59,660 nucleotides of DNA, taken from positions 913,686 through 973,345 of the forward strand of contig NC_057757.1 of the NCBI RefSeq assembly GCF_004010195.1. The letters are read 5' to 3'. The stretch is from Chiloscyllium plagiosum. Lineage: Eukaryota. The translations under genes were made by a program, and so were the position numbers. This document shows, piece after piece, positions 1 through 12,345 of this stretch (the stretch's first letter is position 1; every line of letters starts with the position of its first letter). The notes beneath the pieces are model-generated. The model made no database searches, was not told the DNA's origin, and was given only the letters and a program-made list of their open reading frames with translations.

Positions 1-1000
1 GGAGCTATGAACCTGCACTCCAAGGTCTCTTTGTTCAGCAACACTCCCTAGGACCTTACCATTAAGTGTATAAGTCCTGCTAAGATTTGCTTTTCCAAAA
101 TGCAGCACCTCGCATTTATCTGAATTAAACTCCATCTGCCACTTCTCAGCCCATTGGCCCATCTGGTCCGGATCCTGTTGTAATCTGAGGTAACCCTCTT
201 CGCTGTCCACTACACCTCCAATTTTGTGGTCATCTGCAAACTTACTAACTGTACCTCTTATGCTCGCATCCAAATCATTTATGTAAATGACAAAAAGTAG
301 AGGGCCCAGCCCCGATCCTTGTGGCACAGGCCTACTGGTCACAGGCCTCCGGTCTGACCAGTGTCACAATTGGCCTTCCTCCAGTTTAGAACTTTAACTT
401 TTGGATCTGGTCTATCCTTTTCCATCACTATTTAAAAACAAATAAAATTATAACACTGGTTCCAAAGTGCTCCCCCACATACACCTCAGTCACCTCCCTT
501 GTCTTATTTCCCACGAGTAGGTCAACTTTCTCTCCTTCTTGAGTAGGTACATCCACATACTGAATCAGAAAATGCTCTTGTTACTCTTAATAAGTTCCAC
601 TCCATCTAAACCCTTCACATTACAGCTGTCCCAGTCTACGTTCGGAAAGTTAAAAAAAAACCACTTCTACCACCCTATTATTCTTACAGTATCTGAGATC
701 TCCTTCTAAAGTTGTTTCTCAATTTCCCGCTGACTGTTGGGAGATCTAGTGTACAATCCCAATAAGGTGATCATCCCTTTCCTATTTCTCAGTTCCACCC
801 AAATAACTTCCCTGGATGTTTTCCCAGGAATATCCTGCCTGAGTACAGCCTTAATGTTATCCCGAATCAAAAGCACCGCTCCCCCTTCTCTCTCGCCCCC
901 CCCCCTCCCCTCCCCACTTTCTATCCTTCCTATCGCATCTATACCCTGGAACATTAAGATGCCAGTGCTGTCCTTCCCTGAGTCTGCCCTTTATGCATTT
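1..1000 (-). mobile_element. CR1/HER1-type LINE ORF2 remnants (RT C-terminal part and AP-endonuclease part)
   Basis: 1-360 resembles the reverse-strand RT end (KFADD region). ORFs 706-954 and 857-1045 give the CR1 endonuclease motifs LNVPGY..RKDR and VIWVELRNRKGMITLLGLY. Frameshifted. Confidence 0.8.
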
Positions 1001-1129
1001 TAAGATGCCCCACACCTCCTCTTCTGTCATGTGGGCTGTTTGCAAGATATCACTATTTACTTTCTGAGGCCCCAGGCTTCCATGGCTTTACTTGTAATGC
1101 TGTCCCTTTAATTCTTTATTTTCCTAATT

Positions 1130-1470
1130 TATAGAGACATCAGAGGATTAGATAGGGTAGACAGTGAAAGTCTTTTTCCTCGGATGATGATGTCAACTTG
1201 TACGAGGGGGAATAACTACAAATTGCGGAGTGATAGATTTAAGACAGATGTCAGAGGCAGGTCCTTTACTCAGAGGGTGGTAAGGGGTGGAATGCCCTAC
1301 CTGCTAATGTAGTCAACTCAGCCACATTAGGGAGATTTAAACAATCCTTAGATAAGCACATGGATGATGATGGGATAGTGTAGGGAGACAAGCTGAGCAT
1401 AGTTCACAGGTCGGCACAACATCGAGGGCCGAAGGGCCTGTTCTGCGCGGTATTGTGCCATGTTCTCTCT
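1130..1470 (+). mobile_element. CR1/HER1 LINE 3' end fragment
   Basis: Typical 3' end (fftqrvv..wn.lp remnant, gggccgaagggcctgtt tail); same family as 22933-23300. Confidence 0.75.
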
Positions 1471-1659
1471 ATTTTGTACATAGAAACCTTTGCACCACTG
1501 CAAGTGGAGACTTTGTAAACCATCCACTAACAGTACGTTTGACAATAAAGCTAATTCTGATTCTAAAACATACGTTTCGTGTCTCCCCCATTCCCCAACA
1601 CAGAAATGTTGATCTTTAAAGGGGTTCTACTTTCCCCCTGGCTCCTCTGGTGATGGCGC

Positions 1660-2340
1660 CACGGTGAGGCCACCCCTTGAGTACTGAGTGCAGTTCAGGT
1701 CTCCTCGTCTGAGGAAGGACATTCTTGCTACTGAGGGAGTGTAGTGAAGGCTCATCAGACTGATCCCTGGGATGGCAGCACTGACAGATGAGGAAAGACT
1801 GGATTGACTGGGCTTGTACTCCCTGGAATCTAGAGGATTGGGGGGGTGGGGTGGGGTGGGGGGGAGTCTCACAGAAGCATATCCTGATGGGACTGGACAG
1901 GCTAGACACGGGCAGAATATAGATCAGAGTGGGGCTGGAAAAGCCCAGCAGGCCAGGCAGCATCCGAGGAGCAGGAAAATCAACGTTTCAGGCATAAACC
2001 CTTCATCGGGAATAGAGTATTCCTGTGGTTGGGGGAAATCCAGAATTAGGGGGTCACAGTCTAAGAATAAGGGGGAAGCCAGTCAGGCCTGAGATGAGGA
2101 AGGATTTCTTCCCTCAGGGAATTGGAAACCTGTGGAATTCTCTCCCGCACGAAGCTGTTGGGGCCAGTTCATTAGATACATTCGAGAGGGAACTGGACAT
2201 GGCTAAAAGCATCAAGGGGCATGGGGAGAGGGCAGGAGTGGGACACTGAGATTGGATGATTGACCATGCTTGTATTGAAAGGTGGGGCAGATTCGAAGGA
2301 CCGAATGGCCTGCTCCTGTAGCTATTTTTCTATGTTTCTG
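1660..2340 (+). mobile_element. CR1-like LINE 3' fragment interrupted by a Penelope-like terminus (1920-2015)
   Basis: GHSLRIRG..EMRKDFF.Q..NLWNSLP remnant and gaatggcc..ctcctg tail. Confidence 0.7.
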
Positions 2341-3195
2341 TGTTTTGCTCTTAATGTACTTAATCTCTTTGGATCCTCCTTAACCATATCTGCCAAGGAC
2401 TATCTCGATTCCCCTTTTCACCCTCCCAAGTTCCCTCTTAAGAATGACCCCTACTCCCTTTGTACTCTTTAAGGGATCCACTCAATCCCAGTTGCCTGTA
2501 CCTGACTAGTGCCTCCTTCTTATTCCTGACCAGAGCCTCAGTGTCTCTGGTTACCCAGTGATGCTCACTCCTCACAGTCTTACCCTTCACATTAACAGGA
2601 ATGTTCATAACCTCCCACTTCCCAACCGCTCCTTTACCTGTCAGCATTTCATTGAACCTTTCTAACTGTTTACAGGGATGGACTGGGAAGCTATTTCCCC
2701 TGGGGAGGGGAGTCGGGGACACCTTTAGGGAGAGGGGGAGGCCATTTAGGTCGGAGATAAGGAGAATGTTTCTTGTTTTATTTGAATCTTTGGCCTTCTC
2801 TACCTCAGAAGGCCGGGGGAGTTCAGTCTTCGAGTGTCTCTGAAGTAGAGATTGTCAGATTTTGTTTTGAACAGACTAGGGACCTAAAGAGGGACGGGAT
2901 AGTGTGGGGGGGGAGGAGCATTGATTGTAAGAAGCCCATGATGGTATTAAATGGCGGGGCAGGCTGGATGGGCTGAACGGCCTCCTCTTGAACCTACATT
3001 ACCAGCGCTGTATAAACGCAAACATTTCTCGTTGCTTCCACCTTAAAAAAAACCTGCATTTATGTAGCGCCTTTCCCAAGTAGCCACTTTCAAAGTGCCG
3101 GCACTGGGCAGATTGGGTGCAAGGATGGTGTCTCCCTGGGGTCAAGGCCTCGGCATTGAATGCTTTCAACAACAATTTCAATATCATTCTGAGGG

Positions 3196-3328
3196 CTCCC
3201 AGGATCAAAGGGAATGGGGGAGAAAGTGGGAACACAGAGCTCCCAGGATCAAAGGGAATGGAGGAGAAAGTGGGAACACAGAGCTACCAGGATCAAAGGG
3301 AATGGGGGAGAAAGTGGGAACACAGAGT
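3196..3328 (+). repeat. 44-bp tandem repeat x3 inside a CR1-like 3' UTR
   Basis: ctcccaggatcaaagggaatgggggagaaagtgggaacacagag at 3196, 3240 and 3284. Confidence 0.9.
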
Positions 3329-3595
3329 TGGATGATCAGCCATGATCTTATTGAATGCTGGGGGGCATAATCAAAGGGCCGAATGGCCTACTCCTGTTGC
3401 TATATTTAACCGTCGCCTGATTGCTTGGCATGTGCTCGAAATTCCGGGCATTTTGTGGCAGATCTTTCACAGACCCCGCCCACTCCCCCAATCCTCATTG
3501 AAACCTCCAATCACAGCGACCCCCAACCTCATTCAGGCACCAATCACAACCTTCCATTTCCCTGCTCCGCACCAGTCCCAGCTAGACACTGATCC

Positions 3596-3912
3596 TCCAA
3601 TCACAGCCTCTCAATCCCTTCCCTAAACTCAGTAATCATCCAATCACAACCTCTCAATCCCTTCCCCAAGGTCAGTAATCATCCAATCACAACCTCTCAA
3701 TCCCTTCCCCAAGCTCAGTAATCATCCAATCACAACCTCTCAATCCCTTCCCCAAGCTCAGTAATCATCCAATCACAACCTCTCAATCCCTTCCCCAAAC
3801 TCAGTAATCGTCCAATCACAACCTCTCAATCCCTTCCCCAAACTCAGTAATCGTCCAATCACAACCTCTTAATCCCTTCCCCAAACCCAGTAATCATCCA
3901 ATCACAACCTCT
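3596..3912. repeat. 43-bp minisatellite, about 7.4 copies, one CCAAT box per unit
   Basis: tccaatcacaacctctcaatcccttccccaagctcagtaatca starting at 3596, 3639, 3682, 3725, 3768, 3811, 3854, 3897. Confidence 0.95.
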
Positions 3913-4659
3913 TGTGCCCCTTTGGGCAGTCATTAGTCCTCCAATACAATATTCCAAATGCACACTGATCCTCCAATCACAGGCCCTGAAAATCCACCAT
4001 CACTCAGGCAGGTTTCCTAGTTTGAACCAATCAGGAAGCCCCCAGAGTGGGTCAGCTGTTGTGTTCTTCATAGAATTCCTACAGTCTGGAAGCAGACCAT
4101 TCAGCCCATTGAGTCCACACCGATCCTCTGAAGAGCTTCCACCCTGTCCCACCCCNNNNNNNNNNNNNNNNNNNNNNNNNNNNNNNNNNNNNNNNNNNNN
4201 NNNNNNNNNNNNNNNNNNNNNNNNNNNNNNNNNNNNNNNNNNNNNNNNNNNNNNNNNNNNNNNNNNNNNNNNNNNNNNNNNNNNNNNNNNNNNNNNNNNN
4301 NNNNNNNNNNNNNNNNNNNNNNNNNNNNNNNNNNNNNNNNNNNNNNNNNNNNNNNNNNNNNNNNNNNNNNNNNNNNNNNNNNNNNNNNNNNNNNNNNNNN
4401 NNNNNNNNNNNNNNNNNNNNNNNNNNNNNNNNNNNNNNNNNNNNNNNNNNNNNNNNNNNNNNNNNNNNNNNNNNNNNNNNNNNNNNNNNNNNNNNNNNNN
4501 NNNNNNNNNNNNNNNNNNNNNNNNNNNNNNNNNNNNNNNNNNNNNNNNNNNNNNNNNNNNNNNNNNNNNNNNNNNNNNNNNNNNNNNNNNNNNNNNNNNN
4601 NNNNNNNNNNNNNNNNNNNNNNNNNNNNNNNNNNNNNNNNNNNNNNNNNNNNNNNTGGA

Positions 4660-5115
4660 AGGTGCTGCCTAAGGATCTTTGGTGAGTTTCTGCAGTGCAT
4701 CTTGTAGATAGTACACACTGCTGCTACTGAGCGTCGGTGGGTAAGGGAGGGAGGGGATGTTTGTGGGTGTGGGGCCAATCAAGCGGGGGCTGCGTTGTCC
4801 CTGGATGGTGACGAACTTCTCAAATGTTGGAGCTGCCCCCATCCAGGGCAAGTGGGGAGTATTCCATCACATTCCTGACTTGTGTCTTGTAGATGGTGGG
4901 ACAGGCTTTGGAGTGTCAGGAGGTGAGTTACTGACCGCACTATTCCCAGCCTCTGACCTACACTTATAGCCACTTTGTTTATGTGGTGAGTCCAATTGAG
5001 TTTCTGATTAATGATAACTCTCAGGACATTGATAGTTGGGGATTCAGTGATGGTAACACTGTTGAATGCCAAAGGGTTAGATTGTCTCCTGTTAGTGATG
5101 GTCATAGCCTGGCAG
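4660..5115 (-). mobile_element. Non-LTR retrotransposon 3' fragment (CR1/L2-clade-like); same family at 38310-38850 (+) and 12940-13300 (+)
   Basis: ITITESPTINVL..IDQKLNWTHHIN and RRSVAAVCTIYKMHC remnants, shared with the 38310-38850 copy. Confidence 0.65.
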
Positions 5116-5289
5116 TTAATCCTCAAATTGCTTCACTATAGCAAATCGCCTGGCTCTTTCCACATTACAGGGGTGCTTTTCGAAATGTTAGTTTAAAATG
5201 TATTTGACATTTATAAAAAGGTCTTCATGAGATGTAGCATTTATTGCCCATCACTGATTACAGAGTTACAATGATTTGGAGGAGCCAGT

Positions 5290-5995
5290 GTTCATGTCAC
5301 ACTGCAGGTGACCCCACTGCAGGTGACCCCACTGCACCACACACACACACACACACCCTCTCACAGGCTTATACCCCATCACACTCATACACACACTTTA
5401 CTGAGCTTGCACACATGCAAGCACACTCTCTCACATGCACTCACACTCACACTCTCTCGCTCTCTCTCTCTCTTTCTCTCTCTCCTGCACACACAAACAC
5501 ATATAAGTTTATGGGGTGAATTTATATTCACAGAATCATACTTGCATAGACATTCCATTTTGCTCAGAAAATACATGACCTACAGGCTGTCAATCCATGT
5601 AATATTTTGTAAACTTCACTTTGGAAATAGAACCAGTCTGACTCAAGATTGGAACACAGAGAGACTCTAACCTCACACCCTTAATGCATCGTCTGAGCTG
5701 AGATGGTGCCTTTTGTTATAAAACCTTAAGCTATCTTGAGAATGTGACTTGAAAGAAGTTTTGGGATTTACATATTAAATAAATGAAACTAATATACCCA
5801 TTCTAAAAGATGAAAGACTTAATTTAGGTTTGTTCAACATATCATTTCAGCTGCATGACATTGTAATCTTTTGTTATAAGTTCTGTGTCTTATGATCCTG
5901 CTCCACAACCACCTAATGAAGGAGCAGCGCTCTGAAAGCTAGTGCTTCCAAATAAACCTGTTGGGCTATCACCCGGTGTTGTATGATTTTTATCC
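5290..5995 (+). mobile_element. Penelope-like element 3' region, family B, ending in a degenerate hammerhead-bearing terminus
   Basis: CA/CT-rich tract, then cacctaatgaaggagcagcgctctgaaagctagtg...aataaacctgttgg..tatcacc.ggtgttgt; the same terminus recurs at 11405-11525, 12180-12345 and 35630-35715. Confidence 0.6.
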
Positions 5996-6228
5996 TTGCC
6001 TAGTTACAGTGAAACCCATCATGGTGGGCCTGGAGTCACATGAAGGCCAGACCAGGTAAGGACGGCTGATTTCCTTCCCTCAAGGACATTACTTGTTTTT
6101 CCAACAACATTGAGATGGTCTTCATTGAGCTATCTGTGAATTTCAATTTTCTAAAATTCAAATTTTACCATCTGCCAGGGATTTGAGCTCCATCCCTTAA
6201 AATGGGAACATGGGGTTCTGGATTACTG

Positions 6229-6369
6229 ATTAGAGTGGTGCTTGAAAAAAGGCTTTTGCCTGAAACATTGATTTTCCTGCTCCTCGGATGATGCCTGACC
6301 TGCTGTGCTTTCCAGCACCACTCTAATCTTGACTTTGATCTCCAGCATCTGCAGTCCTCACTTTCACCC
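6229..6369 (+). mobile_element. Penelope-like terminus, family A, with short 5' inversion and 13-bp TSD
   Basis: Flanked by ttctggattactg at 6216-6228 and 6370-6382. Confidence 0.75.
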
Positions 6370-6989
6370 TTCTGGATTACTGGTCTGGTGACATTACACT
6401 AAACCACCGCCTCCCATACAGACAGTGGATATATGTGTATTTTGGACTTTTCACAAAGCAATGGGGAATGGTTACAGCCGGGAAAATTGTTGCAGTTCCC
6501 TACGTTTGCACAGAATCTACAAGACCATCAGAGAGAGATCACATGACCGAGATTGTGGGTGTAAGAAGACTGTTGGGCTGGTACACGAGTGAGATCATTT
6601 AACCTTTGCCCTCTCTTTTTCTTTGGAGTCCTTCTGATCAGAGTGTGTGAGTTGAAAACCTACTGGAAGGCGACTTCATTGCAAATGAATGGTTCCCAAA
6701 GGGGAATTCAAAATCCATACCACCCTGTCTCCAGAAAAAGGAACTCAGCCAGCCATAACTGATCCAGGGTGAGGTCCCAGTACCAACAGCTTGTGCCTAA
6801 AGTGACTTTGCCTGCAGACCATTGTTTGGACAATCTGTGAATAATTATTTCTTCCTGAATTTGACCAAAGTACTTTCAACATGTAGATTTTTATAAAAAT
6901 ATTCAGACTTGGAGATTTTATTTTAGTTTTTAAGAAGGATTGTGCAATGTATATTTATAAATCTTTTACTAGTCACCTTTTCATCTTTC

Positions 6990-7360
6990 GAGAGTATGGT
7001 GCTGGAAAAGCACAGCAAGTCAGGCAGCATCCGAGGAGCAGAAGAATCAATGTTTTGGGCAAGAGCCCTTCATCAGGAATGGGGCTTGTGGGCCGGGGGC
7101 TGAGAGATAAATGGGAGGGGGTGGGGTTGGGGGGAAGGTAGCTGAGAAAGCNNNNNNNNNNNNNNNNNNNNNNNNNNNNNNNNNNNNNNNNNNNNNNNNN
7201 NNNNATAGGTAGATGGAGATGGGTGATGGTGATAGGTTGGAGAGGAGGGTGGAGCGGATAGAAGGGAAGGAAGATGGACAGGTAGGACATGTCATGGGGG
7301 TGGTGCTGAGTTGGAAGTTTGGGACTGGGATAAGATGGAAGGAAGGGGAAATGAGGAAAC
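6990..7360 (-). mobile_element. Penelope-like element 3' region, family A (spans the 7152-7204 gap)
   Basis: Reverse complement of the pyrimidine-rich tract plus cctgatgaagggc..gccc terminus, as in 53760-53960. Confidence 0.65.
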
Positions 7361-7684
7361 TAGTGAAACAATAAACTAATTACTAGAAGAATAAGCTAAA
7401 GAATTGTGGATGCTGGAAATCAGAAACAAAAACACAGATTGCTGGAGAAACTCAGCAGGTCTGGCAGCATCTGTGGACAAACAGAGAGAAACAGAGATGA
7501 TGTGACCATTCTCCAGATCTCTGCTAATGGAGGGAGAAGTCGACAGTGTGCATACAGTGGCACACGGCACTGAGTGTGGATCTCAGAAGGCAATTCTGAA
7601 GAAGGATCACCAGACCCGAAACATTAACTCTGCTCCCTCCCCAGACCAGCTGAGTTTCTCCAGCAATGTCTGTTTTTGTTCAGT

Positions 7685-8212
7685 CATAGAATCATAGACA
7701 TGTACAGCATGGAAACAAACCCTTCAGTCCAACTCATCATAAGACCATAAGACCATAAGACATAGGAGTGGAAGTAAGGCCATTCGGCCCATCAAGTCAT
7801 CCTGAATTAACCTACTCCTATTTGCCAGCACTTGGCCCATGTACCTCCAAACCCTTCCTATTCATACACCCATCCCAATGCCTTTTAAATATTGTAATTG
7901 TACCAGCCTCCACCATTTCCTCTGGCAGCTCATTTCATACATGCACCACCCTCTGTGTGAAAAAGTTGCCCCTCAGGTCCCTTTTAAATCTTTCCCCTCT
8001 CACCCTAAACCTCTAGTTTTGTCTCCCCACTCCAGGGTAAAGACCTTGTCTATTTACCCTAGCCCTGTCCCTCATGATTTTATAAACCTCTATAAGGTCA
8101 CCCCTCAGCCTCCAATGCTGCAGGGAAAACAGCCCCAGCCTGTTCAGCCTCTCCCTGTAGCTTAAACCCTCCAACCCCAGCAATGTCCTTCCAAATCTTT
8201 CTGAACCCTTTC
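7685..8212 (-). mobile_element. HER1/CR1 LINE 3' fragment
   Basis: Reverse complement matches the copies at 32388-33035 and 45855-46440. Confidence 0.8.
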
Positions 8213-8213
8213 A

Positions 8214-8575
8214 ATTACTTAAGGAACTATGCACAGATTAGTGTATAAGACCAAGAAATATTACCTCCCTATTTAATTCCAAACTTGGTCAGTAGAGGAA
8301 TGGAACAGAGTGGTGCTGGAAAAGCATAGCAGGTCAGACAGCATCCTAGGAGCAGGAAAATCAGGATTTTCCTGTTCCTCAGATGCTGCCTGACATTACT
8401 TAAGGAACTATGCACAGATTAGTGTATAGGACCAAGAAATATTACCTCCCTATTTAATTCCAAACTTGGTCAGTAGAGAAATGGAACAGAGTGGTGCTGG
8501 AAAAGCATAGCAGGTCAGACAGCATCCTAGGAGCAGGAAAATCAGGATTTTCCTGTTCCTCAGATGCTGCCTGAC
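8214..8575. repeat. 181-bp near-perfect tandem duplication overlapping a foldback Penelope-like terminus (8489-8647, 13-bp TSD)
   Basis: attacttaaggaactatgc... begins at 8214 and 8395; gagaaatggaaca at 8476-8488 and 8648-8660. Confidence 0.9.
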
Positions 8576-8773
8576 CTGCTGTGCTTTTCCAGCACCACTC
8601 TGATCTAAACTCTGGTTTCCAGCATCTGCAGTCCTCACTTTTGCCTGGAGAAATGGAACACTAAGTTCACCACTCCTAACTCTAACACTGAACATAAATT
8701 AGAATTTCTGCTTCCTGCAGTAAACTCATGTTTTGCGATGTCCTGAGGTGATATTTTTCGAAGCGTATGCCAG

Positions 8774-8938
8774 TGTGTGCAGGTTAGGGTGAACTGGCTG
8801 TGATAAATTGCCCATTGTGTTCAGGGATGTGTGGGTTCGGTGCGTTAGTCAGGTATACATCTAGGGTAAGGGGGAGTGGGTCTGGGTGGGTTATTCTTCG
8901 GAGGGTCGTTGGGCCTGTTTTCACACTGTAGGGATTCT
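8774..8938 (+). mobile_element. HE1-type SINE 3' part
   Basis: gtgcaggttaggg...aaattgccc...gggtgggtta.tcttcggagggtcg..gggcctgttt.cacactgtaggga. Confidence 0.7.
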
Positions 8939-9296
8939 CTGATGCATCCCTTCCATTTTCCTCCTGCTCCTACACCCACTCAATCTTGGCTATTGGAAAC
9001 TTTGGTGAGTGAATACATGGATAATGAAGAAAGTAGAGGGTGGGGATTTCTTCCCTCACGTTCTACGGCGGGTCTTCGTTACAGAACAAACTTCAGAGAG
9101 ACTCTCACAGATTTCTCTCTCTCTCTCAGTCTGCATCTGAGCTGTGAAATGAAGAAGTGAACTGTGGTGAGTCAGACTGCGCGTGGGCTTTTCGACTTGT
9201 CAAAACACCCACAAACTTCCTCAGACACTTTTTGTGAAAAAAAAAATCAGACACAGTGACTTCCAGTAACGATCAAAGCCCTTCAGATTACTAAAC

Positions 9297-9640
9297 ACTT
9301 ACTGGATGTGCCCACTGCACCCTCAAGATTCACAATAGCCTCACATGTTGCTTCTTGCAGAGCTCAGATTTCACCTGCCTAGCCCAGAAAGCCACCCCCC
9401 AGCCCCTTGTGCTCGAACAGCTCCCGGGAGCCAAGGCAACTTTTGGTCCTCGACCCCACCACCACCACGACGCAGTGATCAGAGTACATAGCTTTCCTCG
9501 CCTCAGCCAGAAATAAACCCTTGCGTTTTAATAGCCCCAAGGCTGCTGCACTGGATTGCTGAACAGCCAATGAACGTTGGCGGTTTTCGTGAAGGTTTCC
9601 CCACAGCCAATCAGCAACCGCTTCCCCCCCCCCCCGGCCC
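9297..9640 (-). promoter_or_regulatory. Candidate minus-strand promoter and non-coding first exon of an unidentified gene
   Basis: CCAAT boxes at 9567-9571 and 9607-9611, G-rich box near 9623-9640, TATTAAAA at 9533-9526 (minus), consensus donor GTAAGT at 9302-9297; unique sequence. Motif evidence only. Confidence 0.4.
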
Positions 9641-10852
9641 TCCGAGAACCCAACCATCCAACATCCATAAAGCAACAACGTGGTCAGTGCATCTGACCTT
9701 AGTCGTCCAGGTCTAGAGAGAAATAATTGACCAAATCGCAAGTTGTTGGCTCTGGATCCGTTGTGGCTGGCTGGCTGACCTCACTTTTCTGGAGACAGTG
9801 GTGCAGATTTGGAATTCTCTCCTTCACACCGATGTCTACCTGAGAGGCAGCTGAATATTGACCAGAAAGGCTGCAGGGTGGCACCCCCTATGCACTGGGA
9901 ACAGGTTTTTGAGGGGGGGGGGGATTTGAATCGACAAATTCTTTCTGATCCAATAGGCAGAGAGTAGCATTCCACTGGATTGCAGCTGGCATTAGCTCAG
10001 TGCCCATGTTGAGATGTTAGAACTCGCACTGATGGCTTAAACTGAAGAGGCAGTCTTCCAGCTGAGGTCCTCAGTCCTGCTCAATGATCATCGCCACAAA
10101 GGCGGAATTGTTGTGATGACAGTCCTGAATTTGTTAATTGGATTTGGGTGTGGTGAGGCAGGTACAACTGTGAGTCATGAGTCTTGGGAGGGGCAGGCAA
10201 ACTGGTTGGGTGCCCGTTCTGTGTTTCTTCCCACACAAAGGAGAGATGGCAATGTCTCAGAAAGGTATGAGTCGTAGCTAAGTTGTGGTCTCTCTCTCTC
10301 TCAGCTCTGAATGACAAGGTGGTGGGCTGTGGATTTGAGTGCAGAACATAAGGAGGAGATGCCCAGTGCATCACTAAGAGAGTCCTGCCCCACTGGGCCG
10401 GGGTGGGGGATGAGATGTGGAACAGAGACTGTTTCTGGTTGATGGAGAGGGGACACATTCATGGTGTTGTTCCAAAGAAGGATCACGGACATTTCCCCAC
10501 AATGGCCATCACATCGAGTCATCATTATCACAGCCTGGGATCTTGCTGTGCACAAATTGGCCACCACGACTTCCACGTTAAAACAGTACCCATGGCTCCA
10601 AAAGTATTCGATTGGCTGGGAGGTTTTCCTCAGGATGGGAAGGAGAATGAATGACCTACATTCACATTGTACTTGTTGTAATCACTGACCATGTTAATGA
10701 ACCTTACAGCCAGCCAGGATTTGTTTCTGAGGCACAGTCACTGCTACAGGAATAATAACTGCTAACAAAAGAACAGCAGGCTCCAAAACAATCGTCTCAG
10801 TGAGTACAGGGTAACCTGCTTCACTGATATTAATTTACAGATAGATATTGGT

Positions 10853-11292
10853 CCCTCAGCACTGACCCTCCGACAGTGCAGCACTCCCTCAGCACTGACC
10901 CTCCGACAGTGCCTACTCCCTCAGCACTGACCCACCAACAGTGCAGCACTCCCTCAGCACTGACCCTCCGACAGTGCCCACTCCTTCAGCACTGACCCTC
11001 CAACAGTGTGGCCCTCCCTAAGCGCTGACCCTCCGACAGTGCGGCATTCCCTCAGTACCGACCCTCCGACAGTGCGGCACTCCCTCAGCACTGACCCTCC
11101 GACAGTGCCCACTCCCTCAGCACTGACCCTCCGACAGACAGTGCGGCACTCCCTCAGCACTGACCCTCTGACAGTGCGGCACTCCCTCAGCACTGACCCT
11201 CCAACAGTGTGGCACTCCCTCAGCACTGACCCTCTGATAGTGTGGCACTCCCTCAGCACTGACCCTCCGATAGTGTGGCACTCCCTCAGCGC
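10853..11292. repeat. 31/33-bp minisatellite (cagcactgaccctccgacagtgcggcactccct), about 13 units, embedded in a DeuSINE-like copy
   Basis: Visible tandem units; degenerate SINE-like sequence flanks at about 10700-10850 and 11292-11390. Confidence 0.93.
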
Positions 11293-12179
11293 TGTGTTGA
11301 GATTTTTATTCACCAGGGTTGGAGTGGGACCCTAAGTCTGGAGTATTGTGACGTGCAGGAGTCTTTTTTATTGAGCCACAGTTGTCACTGTAAACATGCA
11401 GACCTTTCTGAAGGAGCAGTGCTCTGAGAGCTAGTGCTTTCAAATAAACCTGTTGGACTAAAACCTGGTGTTGGTTGATTTTTAACCTTGTCCATTCCAA
11501 TCCAACACCAGCTCCTCCACATCACCACCACTTTGTGATTGGTGATGGGACATTAAGGTGCATCTGATACAAGTCACCCTGGGATTGGGGAGTAGGCAAC
11601 AAGGTTGTCTATTACTCAATAAATAGGCTTTTCCAGGCAACAGCAACACATCGGCCACTGAAAGGAGGAAGTATTTTCCATTCACATTCAATCTGAAATT
11701 GCACTGTGTCAGGAAATCCAGCTCAGATGTTGAAAGGGGAAGAGCAGACTTTACCAGCCACAATCCCACCAACCTCAAATAATCTGGGCACTGGCCAGTA
11801 CTTTGCCCCACCCTCATCTTCCTCTCGCTGAATCACGGACACTGACTGGGCTATAATTCTCAACCCGATTCTGCCCGCCTGTGCAATCCCCAGTCTTTGG
11901 TTGAGAGGGTAACAATGAGAACAAACTGCCTTTACATATTGCCTGGAACATGGTGACACCACTACCCTCTCCCCCTACCCCCAAGGCTCTTCACACAAAG
12001 TGATCAGCAAACAGAGTTTGAGCCTTCGGACAGATTCTGGGGGAATCTTGACGAAAGAGTTGGAATTCAGGGGGACAGAGGCAGTGAGAGCAAGGGAAGC
12101 GGGAAGGGGATGCAGAGATGCTTAGGCAGGGAATTCCTTTCAGCTTAGTGTCCACACAAACAGAGATATTGCTGCCAAT

Positions 12180-12345
12180 GTTAAAAATCACACAACACCA
12201 GGTTATAGTCCACTAGGTTTATTTGGAAGCACTAGCTTTCAGAGGCCACTCCTTCATCAGATGGTTGTCTGTTGGACTATAACCTGGTGTTGTGTGATTT
12301 TTAACTTTGTACACCCCAGTCCAACACCGGCATCTCCGAATCAAT
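12180..12345. mobile_element. Foldback Penelope-like terminus, family B
   Basis: gttaaaaatcacacaacaccaggttatagtcca is inverted against tggactataacctggtgttgtgtgatttttaac. Confidence 0.75.
12230..12263 (-). ncRNA. Minimal type I hammerhead ribozyme motif (family B), core intact
   Basis: Minus strand CAU-CUGAUGA-a-GGAG uggc CUCU-GAAA-GC-UA-GUG: core boxes, stem II, palindromic AGCU stem III, stem I CAU/GUG. Confidence 0.6.

Noticed and set aside
1838..1866. G-quadruplex-capable G runs (also 53398-53430 and 56994-57045)
   Set aside because: Simple G tracts inside repeats or introns are common here and nothing suggests function.
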